Source: Pedosphaera sp. (GTDB lineage: Bacteria; Verrucomicrobiota; Verrucomicrobiia; Limisphaerales; UBA1096). From it: DNA of 63,472 bases. Of this stretch, positions 44,120 to 53,779 are shown piece after piece. Each line of letters opens with the position of its first letter. Within the stretch, counting starts at the first letter, position 1. The DNA is taken from contig JAKUOU010000023.1 in assembly GCA_022451065.1 (NCBI GenBank), positions 1-63,472 on the forward strand. The letters are read 5' to 3'. A model generated the notes under the pieces. That model was not told the DNA's origin. It saw only the letters and a program-made list of their open reading frames with translations, and ran no database searches. The position numbers and the translations under genes were made by a program.

Positions 44120-47100
44120 GTGCAATTCAAGCAATTGACACTGTGTAGTTTGCTTCTCGTGGCCATTTCGACCAAGGGGGAGAGCCTCGTCGGCAATTAT
44201 TCCACCTGGAAATATCTTGGAGGCACAAAGGAGGCTTCCAACCCGCCCAACGCCTGGCGGATGCCGGATTTCGACGCCGCCCATTGGAAAGAGGGCCGTT
44301 CCGGCTTCAGCATCGGCTATGGTAGATACGATGCCCCCACGACACTTTGGGAAATGCCGGGAAAATACCACTCTCTTTTCCTACGTAAGAAATTCAAACT
44401 GCAGGATACCGAATGGATAAAGTCGCTAGTGATGCGGGTCGATTACCGCGATGGTTTCGTCGCCTATCTGAACGGCACCGAGATAGCTCGGCGTGGCCTG
44501 GCTGGTGAACCCGGCCAAGCGGTTCCATTCAACGCCTTAGCAACTCTTCACTACCGCGGTAACCCGGAATTGATCGACCTCGAGCCATACAAAATGCTCC
44601 TTGAGAGGGGAGAGAATATTCTCGCTGTTCAGGCGCACGACAACGCCGTTAACGCCTATGGGTTTGCGTTTCATGTTGAGTTATTGGCTAATATCGTACG
44701 CGGTCCGTTTATCGAAAGCACCACAACGACCGATACCAAGATTGCCTGGCAAACCCACAAGCCCACCACCTCCGTTGTCGAGTACGGGCCGACGACAGCG
44801 CTTGGCCAGCAGATCGAGAGTGAAATGCTGACGACCGACCATGTGCTGCAACTCATCGGCCTCGAGCCGAACACAACCTACCATTACCGGGTCGGGGGTG
44901 TTGCCGAGGATAACCCGCGTTTCTCGAAAACCACATCGTTCAAGACCCTGAAGCCCAGCGGACCCGTCCGGTTGATGCTGCTTGGCGACTCTGGCAGTGG
45001 CAACCTTCTTCAACACAAGTTTGCCGAGGTGATCCGCGACAACCAACCGGACGCCATCCTGCACGCCGGTGACATCGTTTATGATTTCAAATCTGGCCCT
45101 CCAAATTACTATCCAGATTTTCGCCATTTCAGCGTCTATAAGGAGCACATGAAATCTGTGCCCTACTTTACAACTATAGGAAACCATGAACTCTACTACG
45201 GCGATACCGCCTACCTAAACACATTCCACCTGCCAACAAACAATCTGCCTTCCCTCGGTTTGAAACCTCCAAATCTGGAATACCCTTTTTCTGGCACGGA
45301 ACATTTCTACTCGTTCGACGTCGGCGACGTGCACGTCTCGGTGCTTTATAACCCGTGGTATGCACACCACAACTTTTCCAAGGACACCAACCAACTCCAC
45401 TGGCTGACCAATGATCTGGCCACCACCTCAAAACCGTGGAAGCTACTCCTTGGGCACTTTCCGGTCGCATCCTCGGCAAGTCACGGATGGAGCGATTACA
45501 ACGCCAATGCGCTTCCTGACAGTATTGATTTCGGAAACACCATCTACCCGATTGTCTCCAAGTACAAAGTGGACATGATGCTGGCAGGGCACTCCCACAC
45601 GTTTGAAAAATTCAACCCGGTCGCCGGCTGCATCTCGGTCGTCTGCGGTTCGAGTTCTGCAGGATATCCATTTTACAGATTCTATCCTGGTTCTTCACAG
45701 TTTTGGGGAACCCCAAATAGCTTCGTAGCGCGTATTTCCATCAACGGTGATCAACTCAAACTCGATGGCCTAGACCCTGACGGCAAGGTGATAGACTGGC
45801 TCGTGATAAACAAAAAACCAACTGAGCGCGACTGGTGGGACTCGGCTTGGCATTCGCCACAGATCGAGTCATCCCAAAATAATGATGAGGGTAAAAATAT
45901 TCAGGGGCAGATATTCGATCTGATCGGCGAACCAATCCCCACCATCAGCGGCGAAAACGCCAACCTTGGCCAGGTTCGCGTCAACAACGATCGCACCCAT
46001 CTCTACATCGGCTTCGAGCAGGCGATGATTGGGCCCAACCAAAACATCTTCCTGTTCATCGAGTCACCCAGGCAGGACGGTGTCGCCAACCTGGCGGGGC
46101 TCGGCAACGGCAAGGTGGAATTCAGCGGCGAGGGCGCCAACGGGCTCGACTTCCTTCAAAACCTAACCTTCACCAACTTCAAACCAAGTATTGCAGCGAT
46201 CCTCGGCGACGAAAAGGCGGACAGCCAGGCACGGTTCTTCGCACGGCCCGGCTTTACGATCAGGATTTCCGAGGGTGACCCACCGAATGACACTGTCCGG
46301 ATCGTCCCCTTCCCGCTCGGTCAGGGCATGTTTAATCTGGACGAAAACTTCAGCGACGTGGCCGCTGCACGTTTCCAACAGTTCAATCGTTCGCCGCAGT
46401 TGTCTCATCCAAGGGAGTGGACCGATGCCAACTTCTATGAAAGCGACGCCAACTTCATCGAGTTGGCCATCCCCTACTCTGCCCTAGGTGATCTGCAACC
46501 GGGAGACGAAATCACGATCGGCGCGGTCGTCGGCACGGCCGGCATCAATCCCCATCCGCTCTACCAGCACCGCCAACTTGACTCTACATACCTGGGTAAA
46601 AACCTGACGGTCGACCAGAATGTTTATTACCGGCTCGAGGGCCTGAAAGTGCGCCTGTCCATCGACCTCGACCCGGACAACGACGGGTTGCTCACCTCCC
46701 GCGAACTGGAACTCGGCACTGATCCGGACAAGCGCGACACCGACGGCGACCTGCTGCCGGACGGCTGGGAGGTAGCCCGTGGCCTCGACCCGCTCCAGCA
46801 CGGCGGAGACGCGGCGTTAGCGCTCGACCCCGATGCCGATGGCATGAGCAGCGCCGATGAACTGGCGGCCGGCACCGACCCGCTCGACGGGCGCTCCTAC
46901 TTTACCCTGACTATCGACTCGAGCGCTGAAGGCATTCGCCTGCACTGGCGCGCCATCCCCGGTGCCACTTATCAGGTCATCACATCGGATCATGTGAGCG
47001 GCCCGTACCAGGCGTATGGCCAAGCGCAAAAACACGAAGGCCAAGCGGCGGCCGGAATGAAACAGCTATTGGACTGGCCGCTCGCCCCTGCCCCGGACAA

Positions 47101-47152
47101 ACCCAAAAAATCTGCAGCTTTCTTTCGACTACAATTGACCCCCAAGCAATGA
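44120..47152 (+). CDS. large secreted multidomain metallophosphoesterase (N-terminal beta domain, FN3, PAP-type catalytic domain, DxDxDG repeats, C-terminal FFRL domain)
   Basis: Signal peptide; DGFVAYLNGTEIAR; GLEPNTTYHYRVG; GDSG, HAGDIVY, GNHE, GHSH; DPDNDGL/DTDGDLLPD/DPDADG...GTDP; ends AAFFRLQLTPKQ. Confidence 0.85.
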   Translation: MQFKQLTLCSLLLVAISTKGESLVGNYSTWKYLGGTKEASNPPNAWRMPDFDAAHWKEGRSGFSIGYGRYDAPTTLWEMPGKYHSLFLRKKFKLQDTEWIKSLVMRVDYRDGFVAYLNGTEIARRGLAGEPGQAVPFNALATLHYRGNPELIDLEPYKMLLERGENILAVQAHDNAVNAYGFAFHVELLANIVRGPFIESTTTTDTKIAWQTHKPTTSVVEYGPTTALGQQIESEMLTTDHVLQLIGLEPNTTYHYRVGGVAEDNPRFSKTTSFKTLKPSGPVRLMLLGDSGSGNLLQHKFAEVIRDNQPDAILHAGDIVYDFKSGPPNYYPDFRHFSVYKEHMKSVPYFTTIGNHELYYGDTAYLNTFHLPTNNLPSLGLKPPNLEYPFSGTEHFYSFDVGDVHVSVLYNPWYAHHNFSKDTNQLHWLTNDLATTSKPWKLLLGHFPVASSASHGWSDYNANALPDSIDFGNTIYPIVSKYKVDMMLAGHSHTFEKFNPVAGCISVVCGSSSAGYPFYRFYPGSSQFWGTPNSFVARISINGDQLKLDGLDPDGKVIDWLVINKKPTERDWWDSAWHSPQIESSQNNDEGKNIQGQIFDLIGEPIPTISGENANLGQVRVNNDRTHLYIGFEQAMIGPNQNIFLFIESPRQDGVANLAGLGNGKVEFSGEGANGLDFLQNLTFTNFKPSIAAILGDEKADSQARFFARPGFTIRISEGDPPNDTVRIVPFPLGQGMFNLDENFSDVAAARFQQFNRSPQLSHPREWTDANFYESDANFIELAIPYSALGDLQPGDEITIGAVVGTAGINPHPLYQHRQLDSTYLGKNLTVDQNVYYRLEGLKVRLSIDLDPDNDGLLTSRELELGTDPDKRDTDGDLLPDGWEVARGLDPLQHGGDAALALDPDADGMSSADELAAGTDPLDGRSYFTLTIDSSAEGIRLHWRAIPGATYQVITSDHVSGPYQAYGQAQKHEGQAAAGMKQLLDWPLAPAPDKPKKSAAFFRLQLTPKQ

Positions 47153-47694
47153 AACACACATTGACCTCGAAATTTGCCCGGTTGCTTGGGCTAGCCGCCC
47201 TACTCCTGACCGGCGGTTGCGAAAAAGAAAAGCCAGACATGCCCCTTAATACTGCAGTACTTAATCCGCCCGCCACCGCCGAGAATAGCCGGGCGCAGCC
47301 CCGGCTAAAGACAATCAAACTCTACCTCGGCTCGGCCGAGTTGACCGTCGAGATCGCCGACGAAAACCACGAACGCCAAGCCGGCATGATGCACCGCACG
47401 ACGATGCCGGAGAACGAAGGCATGCTCTTCGTTTTTCCCTACCCTCACCAGAGCGGCTTTTGGATGAAGAACACCATCGTGCCGCTGTCGATCGCCTACA
47501 TCGACCCCGCCAGCCGCGTGATCGAGATCCACGACATGCAACCCGGCAACACCAAGCCGGTCGAGTCGCGCTCAGCCCGCGTCCAGTACGCGCTGGAAGT
47601 CAACCAGGGCTGGTTCGCCAAAAACGGCATCAAGCCCGGTGCGGTCCTAGCCACCGACCACGGCTCACTCGCGGTCTCGGTTCAGAGCAAGTAA
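47149..47694 (+). CDS. DUF192 family lipoprotein
   Basis: Lipobox LTGG-C; VEIAD...GMMHR, GMLFVF, FWMKNT.VPLSIAYID, ALEVNQGWF; ATGA overlap with the upstream gene. Confidence 0.9.
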   Translation: MKHTLTSKFARLLGLAALLLTGGCEKEKPDMPLNTAVLNPPATAENSRAQPRLKTIKLYLGSAELTVEIADENHERQAGMMHRTTMPENEGMLFVFPYPHQSGFWMKNTIVPLSIAYIDPASRVIEIHDMQPGNTKPVESRSARVQYALEVNQGWFAKNGIKPGAVLATDHGSLAVSVQSK

Positions 47695-47704
47695 GCCGCT
47701 GGCA

Positions 47705-47732
47705 TTGACTTGGACCCGGTTTTGGGCACAAT
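47705..47732 (+). promoter_or_regulatory. sigma70-like promoter 8 nt before ATG (leaderless candidate)
   Basis: TTGACT-16 nt-CACAAT-8 nt-ATG 47741. Confidence 0.55.
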
Positions 47733-47740
47733 CCCGGCGG

Positions 47741-48520
47741 ATGAATGACGACATCTCAAGAGTCCTCGAAAACTGGGACTACCGCCTCGGCAGGGTGGAT
47801 GCGCGCCGGGTTAAAGATGAGGATGGCGTGGAGAAGCTGCAGCTTCGGATCGACCTCGGCCTGCTGCAGATGAACGCCCAGTTTCGCCCCGACGGCAAGC
47901 GACCGTTTGGACACCCCACCCTGCTGGACCACTTCCTGATCCGCCTCGAAAAGCACCGTGAGAAAAACGGCGGTGAGGACGACGACTTCACCATCAGCCC
48001 CGACGAATGCGCCAAACTCCAACAGGAAGCCATCCAGTATCATCACCGCAGCATTTGCAACTTCGAGCTTGAGGATTACGAGGCCGTCGAGCGCGACACG
48101 GAGCACATCCTCGAGTTGCTCGACTTCGTGCAAGACTTCGCCTCGCAGGATGAGATCGGTCAAAGCTTCCAGCAATTCCGTCCTCAGACAATCATGATGC
48201 AGGTTCGAGCCGTCGGCACCGAATTGATCGCTGCAAACAATTATGAGGCCGCCATCGAGGAAATCACCGCCGCGATCAACGACCTCAACCTCTTCTACAC
48301 CGAAATGGGTCGAGAGGAAATGGTGGACAATAGCATGGAGGTTCAATCCCTGTGCGAGTGGCTAAAGGATGTTGAGAAAGAAGCTGCCGATAAAAAGCCG
48401 GTGACCCAGGGCGAAAAACTCCAGCACAAGCTTAACAAAGCCATTGAGCAGGAGGATTACGAGGCCGCCGCCAAGCTGCGCGACCAGCTCAGCAAGCTCG
48501 CCGATAAAAAGAAGGACTGA
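47741..48520 (+). CDS. conserved hypothetical protein with C-terminal UvrB/UvrC (UVR) motif
   Basis: Start ATG 47741; C-terminal LNKAIEQEDYEAAAKLRDQL UVR motif; N-terminal RIDLGLLQM...RPDGKRP. Confidence 0.8.
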   Translation: MNDDISRVLENWDYRLGRVDARRVKDEDGVEKLQLRIDLGLLQMNAQFRPDGKRPFGHPTLLDHFLIRLEKHREKNGGEDDDFTISPDECAKLQQEAIQYHHRSICNFELEDYEAVERDTEHILELLDFVQDFASQDEIGQSFQQFRPQTIMMQVRAVGTELIAANNYEAAIEEITAAINDLNLFYTEMGREEMVDNSMEVQSLCEWLKDVEKEAADKKPVTQGEKLQHKLNKAIEQEDYEAAAKLRDQLSKLADKKKD

Positions 48521-48646
48521 CCCAGCGCACGGCTCTTGGGACTTCGTTGTCGACTATGGTGGCGCTCAAAAGCGCTTGCCCAAAAAAACTTGTCCATTCA
48601 CGGGGCTTCCATAAAGCTGCCGCACCCCGAGCTGTCACAAGACAAC

Positions 48647-49108
48647 ATGAGTGCAGACGCTAAAATCCAGGAACTCGGCATCGAACTCCCGCCCGCCCCG
48701 GCGCCAATGGGCGTGTACAAGCCGATTGTCATCGCCGGCAGCCTCGCCTATCTCTCCGGCCACGGCCCGGTGCAGCTCGACGGCACGCTGATGACCGGCC
48801 GTGTCGGCGACGATCTCGACCTTGATGCCGGGTATCAATCCGCCCGGCAGGTCGGCCTCACAATGCTCGCCACGCTCCAATCGAACCTCGGCAGCCTCGA
48901 CCGCATCAAACGCGTCATCAAGGTGCTCGGCATGGTCAACTGTACGCCCGACTTCCCCGACCACCCCAAGGTCATCAACGGATGCAGCGAGTTGTTCGCG
49001 CAGGTTTGGGGCGAGGAAAACGGAGTCGGCGCCCGCAGCGCCGTCGGCATGGGCTCGCTTCCCGGCAACATCCCGTCCGAGATCGAGGCCATCTTCGAGA
49101 TCGGCTAG
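48647..49108 (+). CDS. RidA/YjgF/UK114 family protein
   Basis: Start ATG 48647; YLSGHGP, VINGCSEL, GARSAVG (conserved Arg), EIEAIFEI. Confidence 0.9.
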   Translation: MSADAKIQELGIELPPAPAPMGVYKPIVIAGSLAYLSGHGPVQLDGTLMTGRVGDDLDLDAGYQSARQVGLTMLATLQSNLGSLDRIKRVIKVLGMVNCTPDFPDHPKVINGCSELFAQVWGEENGVGARSAVGMGSLPGNIPSEIEAIFEIG

Positions 49109-49114
49109 GCCCGC

Positions 49115-50224
49115 ATGGCAAACGACTGGCACATACTCGCCAGCCCGGACGAGATCCCCTCGCCCGCCCTTCTGGTTTACCCGGAACGCATCGGGGAAAA
49201 CATACACCGCATGGTCACCGCGCTTGGCCAACCGGAACGACTGCGCACCCATGTCAAGACACACAAGATGGCCGAGGTGGTGCAGATGCAAACCAAGGCC
49301 GGCATCAGCAAGTTCAAGTGCGCCACCATCGCCGAGGCGGAGATGCTTGGCCAGGCGGGAGCCAGAGACGTGCTACTGGCCAATCAACCGGTCGGCCCAA
49401 ATATCGGCCGGCTACTTGGCTTGGCCGGCTGGTTTCGCGACGTTCGTTTTTCCACCATCGCCGACGACGCGGGAGCCGTTGGCTCCCTAGCCGAGGCTGC
49501 CCAGACAACCGGCATCACCCTGCCGGTCTGGCTCGACCTCGATGTGGGAATGGGCCGCACCGGCATTCCGCTTGGCCAAGCGGCAATCACGATCTACAAG
49601 CTGATCGACCAGCTACCCGGAGTCGAGCCGGCGGGGCTGCATCTTTACGACGGACACCTGCACGATAGCGACCCGGCCAAACGCCTGTCGAAGTGGCAGA
49701 TGATGATCGACAAGGTGCATTCGTTCCGCACCGAGCTCGAGACCGCAGGCTTACCAGTGCCGGCTGTGGTTGGAGGTGGCACGCCGACATTTCCATTTCA
49801 CGCGCAGCACACCGACCACGAGTGCAGCCCCGGCACGACACTGCTTTGGGACTTCGGCTATCACGACAGTTTCGACGACCTGGACTACCTCAATGCCGCC
49901 GTGTTGCTCACCCGCGTCATCAGTAAACCGGGCAGCGACTGCATCACGCTGGACCTCGGCCACAAGGCTGTCGCGGCGGAAAATCCGCATCCACGCGTGC
50001 AATTCATCGGCCTCAACAATGCCGAGGCGCTCGTACACAGCGAAGAGCACCTCACCCTCCGCACGACAGACGCTCCAGACTTCAAAGTCGGCGACTGCCT
50101 ATACGGCATTCCGAGGCACATCTGCCCGACCGTCGCGCTTTACGACCGTGCGCATGTGATCCGGGGCGGCAAACTTGCCGACCAATGGCAGGTCACCGCC
50201 CGCGCCCGCAAACTGACATACTGA
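49115..50224 (+). CDS. D-threonine aldolase / DSD1-like fold-type III PLP enzyme
   Basis: RTHVKTHK (PLP lysine), CATIAEAE, GRTGI, YDGH, SEEH, PRHICPT. Confidence 0.9.
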   Translation: MANDWHILASPDEIPSPALLVYPERIGENIHRMVTALGQPERLRTHVKTHKMAEVVQMQTKAGISKFKCATIAEAEMLGQAGARDVLLANQPVGPNIGRLLGLAGWFRDVRFSTIADDAGAVGSLAEAAQTTGITLPVWLDLDVGMGRTGIPLGQAAITIYKLIDQLPGVEPAGLHLYDGHLHDSDPAKRLSKWQMMIDKVHSFRTELETAGLPVPAVVGGGTPTFPFHAQHTDHECSPGTTLLWDFGYHDSFDDLDYLNAAVLLTRVISKPGSDCITLDLGHKAVAAENPHPRVQFIGLNNAEALVHSEEHLTLRTTDAPDFKVGDCLYGIPRHICPTVALYDRAHVIRGGKLADQWQVTARARKLTY

Positions 50225-50230
50225 AAACCG

Positions 50231-50509
50231 ATGAGCGATTCCTCCAACGCCGAGACTCGTAGCCTGCATCAAAGCCGCCGCGAGTTGTGGCTCATCCTCA
50301 TGGCCTTGCTGGGGTGCGCGATCTGGGTAATCAGCTACTGCTCCGTCAATGGTTACAACCTCTCACCGGAAGAGGTTTCCACCATACTGGGGTTTCCCGA
50401 CTGGGTGTTCCGGGGTGTCGTGCTACCCTGGATGATCGCCAATATCTTCACCTTCTGGTTTTGCCTGCGCTTCCTGAAAAATGACGAGGATGAGGAGGAA
50501 GCTCCATGA
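50231..50509 (+). CDS. DUF997 / YhdT-like small membrane protein
   Basis: Two TM helices, SRRE and GFPDWV motifs; overlaps the start of the symporter as in yhdT-panF. Confidence 0.8.
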   Translation: MSDSSNAETRSLHQSRRELWLILMALLGCAIWVISYCSVNGYNLSPEEVSTILGFPDWVFRGVVLPWMIANIFTFWFCLRFLKNDEDEEEAP

Positions 50510-52371
50510 ACGAAGCCGCCGTCAGCAGCACCGCTAACTCGGCTCTCATCACCTTCGCGATCTACCTGCTCGGCGTCTTTTTCCTTGCCTGGCTTTCGAG
50601 CCGGGTCCGGCGAAGAAGGGAATTTATGGGTGAATATTTCCTCGGCAGCCGCAACCTAGGCCTATGGGCCTTCGCGCTGACCTTTGCGGCGACCAGCGCC
50701 TCGGGTGGCAGCTTCATGGGCTTTCCGTCGTTGATCTATACACACGGCTGGGTGCTGGCGCTGTGGATTGCCAGCTACATGCTGGTGCCACTCGTCGGCA
50801 TGGGGCTGCTGGGCAAACGCGTCAATCGGCTCGCACGCCAGTCCGGCGCAGTAACGATTCCCGACCTGATTAAGGCGCGTTTCAAATCCGAGACTGTCGG
50901 GATGCTTGCCACACTGCTGGTGCTATTTTTCATGTTCTTCTATCTACTCGCCCAATTCAAGGCTGGCAGCAAAATCATGACCACCCTGCTTGAGGACGTC
51001 GCCATCTATCAATCGGCCGTCAACGCCGTCGGCAGCACGATCGACGGACTACCATGGATCGGCAGTGCAGAACCGGACTACGTGCTGTGCCTGCTGGTAT
51101 TCGCGTTCTCGGTGATCGTGTACACGGCGTTTGGAGGCTTTCGCGCGGTGGTATGGACCGACGTCATGCAGGGCATCGTCATGGGCATCGGGGTGATCAT
51201 CCTGCTTTTTCTTACACTTGGCCAAGTGGGCGGACTCAGGAATGCTACCGAGCAACTGAAAGAGATGACACCTCCCGAGACCGGCGTCGGCATCATCACG
51301 CTTGGCCAAGGTCAAACCGAAACGATCACTCTGCCCAAAGGCGCCTGGCTGCGCCTGGCAGACGGCGGCATCGCCCGGTTAGCCGAGCAGGCCAGCCTGG
51401 CCAAAGGTGAGACTCAAGCCGAAGCCAAGCTGCTAAAGATCACAACACCGGCTGAAGTGGAACGAATCCCGCCGACCAAGTTTGCTTTCCCCGTCAGTGC
51501 CATATTCACGGCAGACGAAACCAAAGGCTACGGCCGAGGGCGCAAGGGCGTTTACGTCAGTGCGCCGGGGCCGCATCCGGAGAGTGAAGACGGTTTCCTC
51601 AACGTATGGGTTGCGATCAGCTTCTTTTTCTTTTGGGCCTTCGGCTCCGCCGGACAGCCGAGCAACATGGTTCGCCTGATGGCGTTCAAGGGCACCAACA
51701 TCCTGCGAAACGCCATCCTCACCGTGTCGATCTACTACACGGTCATCTACCTGCTGTTGGTCGTGATCTTCTGCTGCGGCCGGATCCTGCTGCCCGGCAT
51801 GGAGGTGGATTCGGATCGCATCATGCCGGAACTCGCCGCCAAGGTCACCAGCAACGCCGGCGTGCCTTGGCTGGCCGGCCTACTGCTCGCGGCGCCGTTC
51901 GCCGCCGTGATGTCCAGCGTGGACAGCTTTCTTCTGATGGTCTCCTCGTCGGTTGTGCGGGATATTTACCAAAACCGGGTGAACCCCAGCGCCAGCGAAA
52001 GGCAACTCAAACGGCTCTCCTACCTCGTGACGGCGGTGGTAGGGACACTAGCCATGCTGGCCGTGCTAAATCCGCCTCAATACCTGCAGGACCTGATCGT
52101 GTTTGCCACCAGCGGCTTGGCCGGCTGTTTCCTGATGCCGGTGCTGCTTGGCCTTTATTGGCCGCGGATGAGCGCGATGGGGGCCATCGCGGGGATGTTA
52201 GGTGGCTTGGGCTGCCACCTCTTGCTTTACATCGCAGGATACTTGATCGAGGACAAATTCACTGCCTACCAGCTACTGGAACTCAATCCCTTTATCTGGT
52301 CCTTGACCGTATCCGGCCTATTGGGCTGGTTCTGCTCGCTGCGCCAAATAAAAACGCCAAAAAACAACTAA
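50506..52371 (+). CDS. sodium:solute symporter, PanF-like, with a large loop insertion
   Basis: EYFLGSR, ATSASGGSFMGFP, GGFRAVVWTD..QG, AAPFAAVMSSVDS; soluble insertion of about 110 aa after EQLKE. Confidence 0.88.
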   Translation: MNEAAVSSTANSALITFAIYLLGVFFLAWLSSRVRRRREFMGEYFLGSRNLGLWAFALTFAATSASGGSFMGFPSLIYTHGWVLALWIASYMLVPLVGMGLLGKRVNRLARQSGAVTIPDLIKARFKSETVGMLATLLVLFFMFFYLLAQFKAGSKIMTTLLEDVAIYQSAVNAVGSTIDGLPWIGSAEPDYVLCLLVFAFSVIVYTAFGGFRAVVWTDVMQGIVMGIGVIILLFLTLGQVGGLRNATEQLKEMTPPETGVGIITLGQGQTETITLPKGAWLRLADGGIARLAEQASLAKGETQAEAKLLKITTPAEVERIPPTKFAFPVSAIFTADETKGYGRGRKGVYVSAPGPHPESEDGFLNVWVAISFFFFWAFGSAGQPSNMVRLMAFKGTNILRNAILTVSIYYTVIYLLLVVIFCCGRILLPGMEVDSDRIMPELAAKVTSNAGVPWLAGLLLAAPFAAVMSSVDSFLLMVSSSVVRDIYQNRVNPSASERQLKRLSYLVTAVVGTLAMLAVLNPPQYLQDLIVFATSGLAGCFLMPVLLGLYWPRMSAMGAIAGMLGGLGCHLLLYIAGYLIEDKFTAYQLLELNPFIWSLTVSGLLGWFCSLRQIKTPKNN

Positions 52372-52532
52372 ATCTGGTTTTATCCGCTCTGCTCAGTTGT
52401 ATTCCGTCCCTACCTTCTGAGTAACCTAATTTTGCGATATTTTTTGTTTGTATTGAGATATTCCTCAGAATATTCTTCTCCCCGAAGCAAAAGATTTTCA
52501 TCATCCAACTAGAATTTTAAACTGAGACTTAT

Positions 52533-53420
52533 ATGAAAAAATCCAATAAACAGGCATTTACGCTAATCGAACTGTTGGTGGTCATCGCGATCATCGCAAT
52601 CTTGGCCAGTCTGCTCCTGCCCGCCCTGGCCAAGGCCAAAAGCAAGGCAACCGGCATCCACTGCCTCAATAACAACAAACAAATGGGTTTGGCCTGGTTG
52701 ATGTACTGTGAGGACTTCGACGGTTTTATGCCGCCCAACCAAAACGGAGGAGGGTCCCGAGGCTGGGTAAACGGTTGGATTACCTTTAACTCCAACGCAT
52801 CGGACAACACTAATATCCTATGGCTTGTCGGAACAAGAAAACAAGTTGGGCCATTGTATCCCAAACTTGGGCCATACACGACGGCAGCTGGCATATACAA
52901 ATGCGCTGCGGACACCTACACCTGTAAAATGGGTAGAAAGATATTGCCACGGGTTCGCAGTAATTCCATGAACGGATTCATCGAGGGCGGAGCCTATGGT
53001 ACGGGCGGTAAAGGACAACGAGGCGCACGCGGAAGCACCTGGTACGGCGGGCACAAGCCCTACAACAAACTGGCTGATATCACCGGCAAAAACCAAGCCG
53101 GCCTCTTCGGCCAGGGCGTTACAAGTCCGTCACAATTGTGGGTGTTTGTGGACGAGCATCCCGACAGTATCAACGACGGCTGGAACATTATGAATCCGAC
53201 CAGTGATGGCAGCTGGGTTGACCTTCCTGCCAGTTATCATAACGGAGGCTGTGGTTATTCGTTCGCCGACAACCACGCCGAAATTAAGGTTTGGAAGGAC
53301 AAAATCCCCAGGACAGAACCAGTACGCCAATCGTCTCGTAACGGCTTTTCAAACGCAGGTAAGCGTAGGGGATACAACGATTACTGGTGGGTCATTGAGC
53401 GATCTACATCGAAGCTCTAG
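52533..53420 (+). CDS. prepilin-type / H-X9-DG domain protein (DN variant)
   Basis: [29 protein letters not shown]; RVRSNSMN; [11 protein letters not shown]; [17 protein letters not shown]. Confidence 0.92.
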   Translation: MKKSNKQAFTLIELLVVIAIIAILASLLLPALAKAKSKATGIHCLNNNKQMGLAWLMYCEDFDGFMPPNQNGGGSRGWVNGWITFNSNASDNTNILWLVGTRKQVGPLYPKLGPYTTAAGIYKCAADTYTCKMGRKILPRVRSNSMNGFIEGGAYGTGGKGQRGARGSTWYGGHKPYNKLADITGKNQAGLFGQGVTSPSQLWVFVDEHPDSINDGWNIMNPTSDGSWVDLPASYHNGGCGYSFADNHAEIKVWKDKIPRTEPVRQSSRNGFSNAGKRRGYNDYWWVIERSTSKL

Positions 53421-53779
53421 GCCGTTACCAATTTAGCCTGCCAGTTCGGCACGCAGTAAGTCGACCAGGGGGAAAAGGAGCCAAGTCCGAATGGACTTGG
53501 CGTCACGGGCAGCATGCTGTGTGAAAAAAAGACTTCACTTCACTCAAAGTCAAAAATCACAGCAAACGCCTGAATTTGGGGAGCCATTTTAGTTTCCGAA
53601 AGGATTGCAATAAGCTAGGTTTCTGCCGCGTCTGTTGGATTCAGTACGGCCCAATACCGACACCGACTCCAGCATTCTGCAGAATTTTATAATTATTTGT
53701 AACTTTCTGCTCAATCAATAGAAATAGTAGGTAGGTCTTATCTGTCAATTTTTGCGCATATTAAACTCACTTTATTTTC

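Noticed and set aside
51606-52424. 272-aa alternative-frame ORF in the symporter (similar cases 60229..61131, 32211..33068, 41862..42674, 55381..56241)
   Set aside because: Composition typical of shadow frames; they largely or fully overlap well-supported genes.
53555-53630. c-di-GMP-I riboswitch-like GCAAAC word upstream of a pilin-like gene
   Set aside because: Lacks the GNRA-capped stem and the downstream GACGCAAAG consensus; cannot be supported without a covariance-model search.
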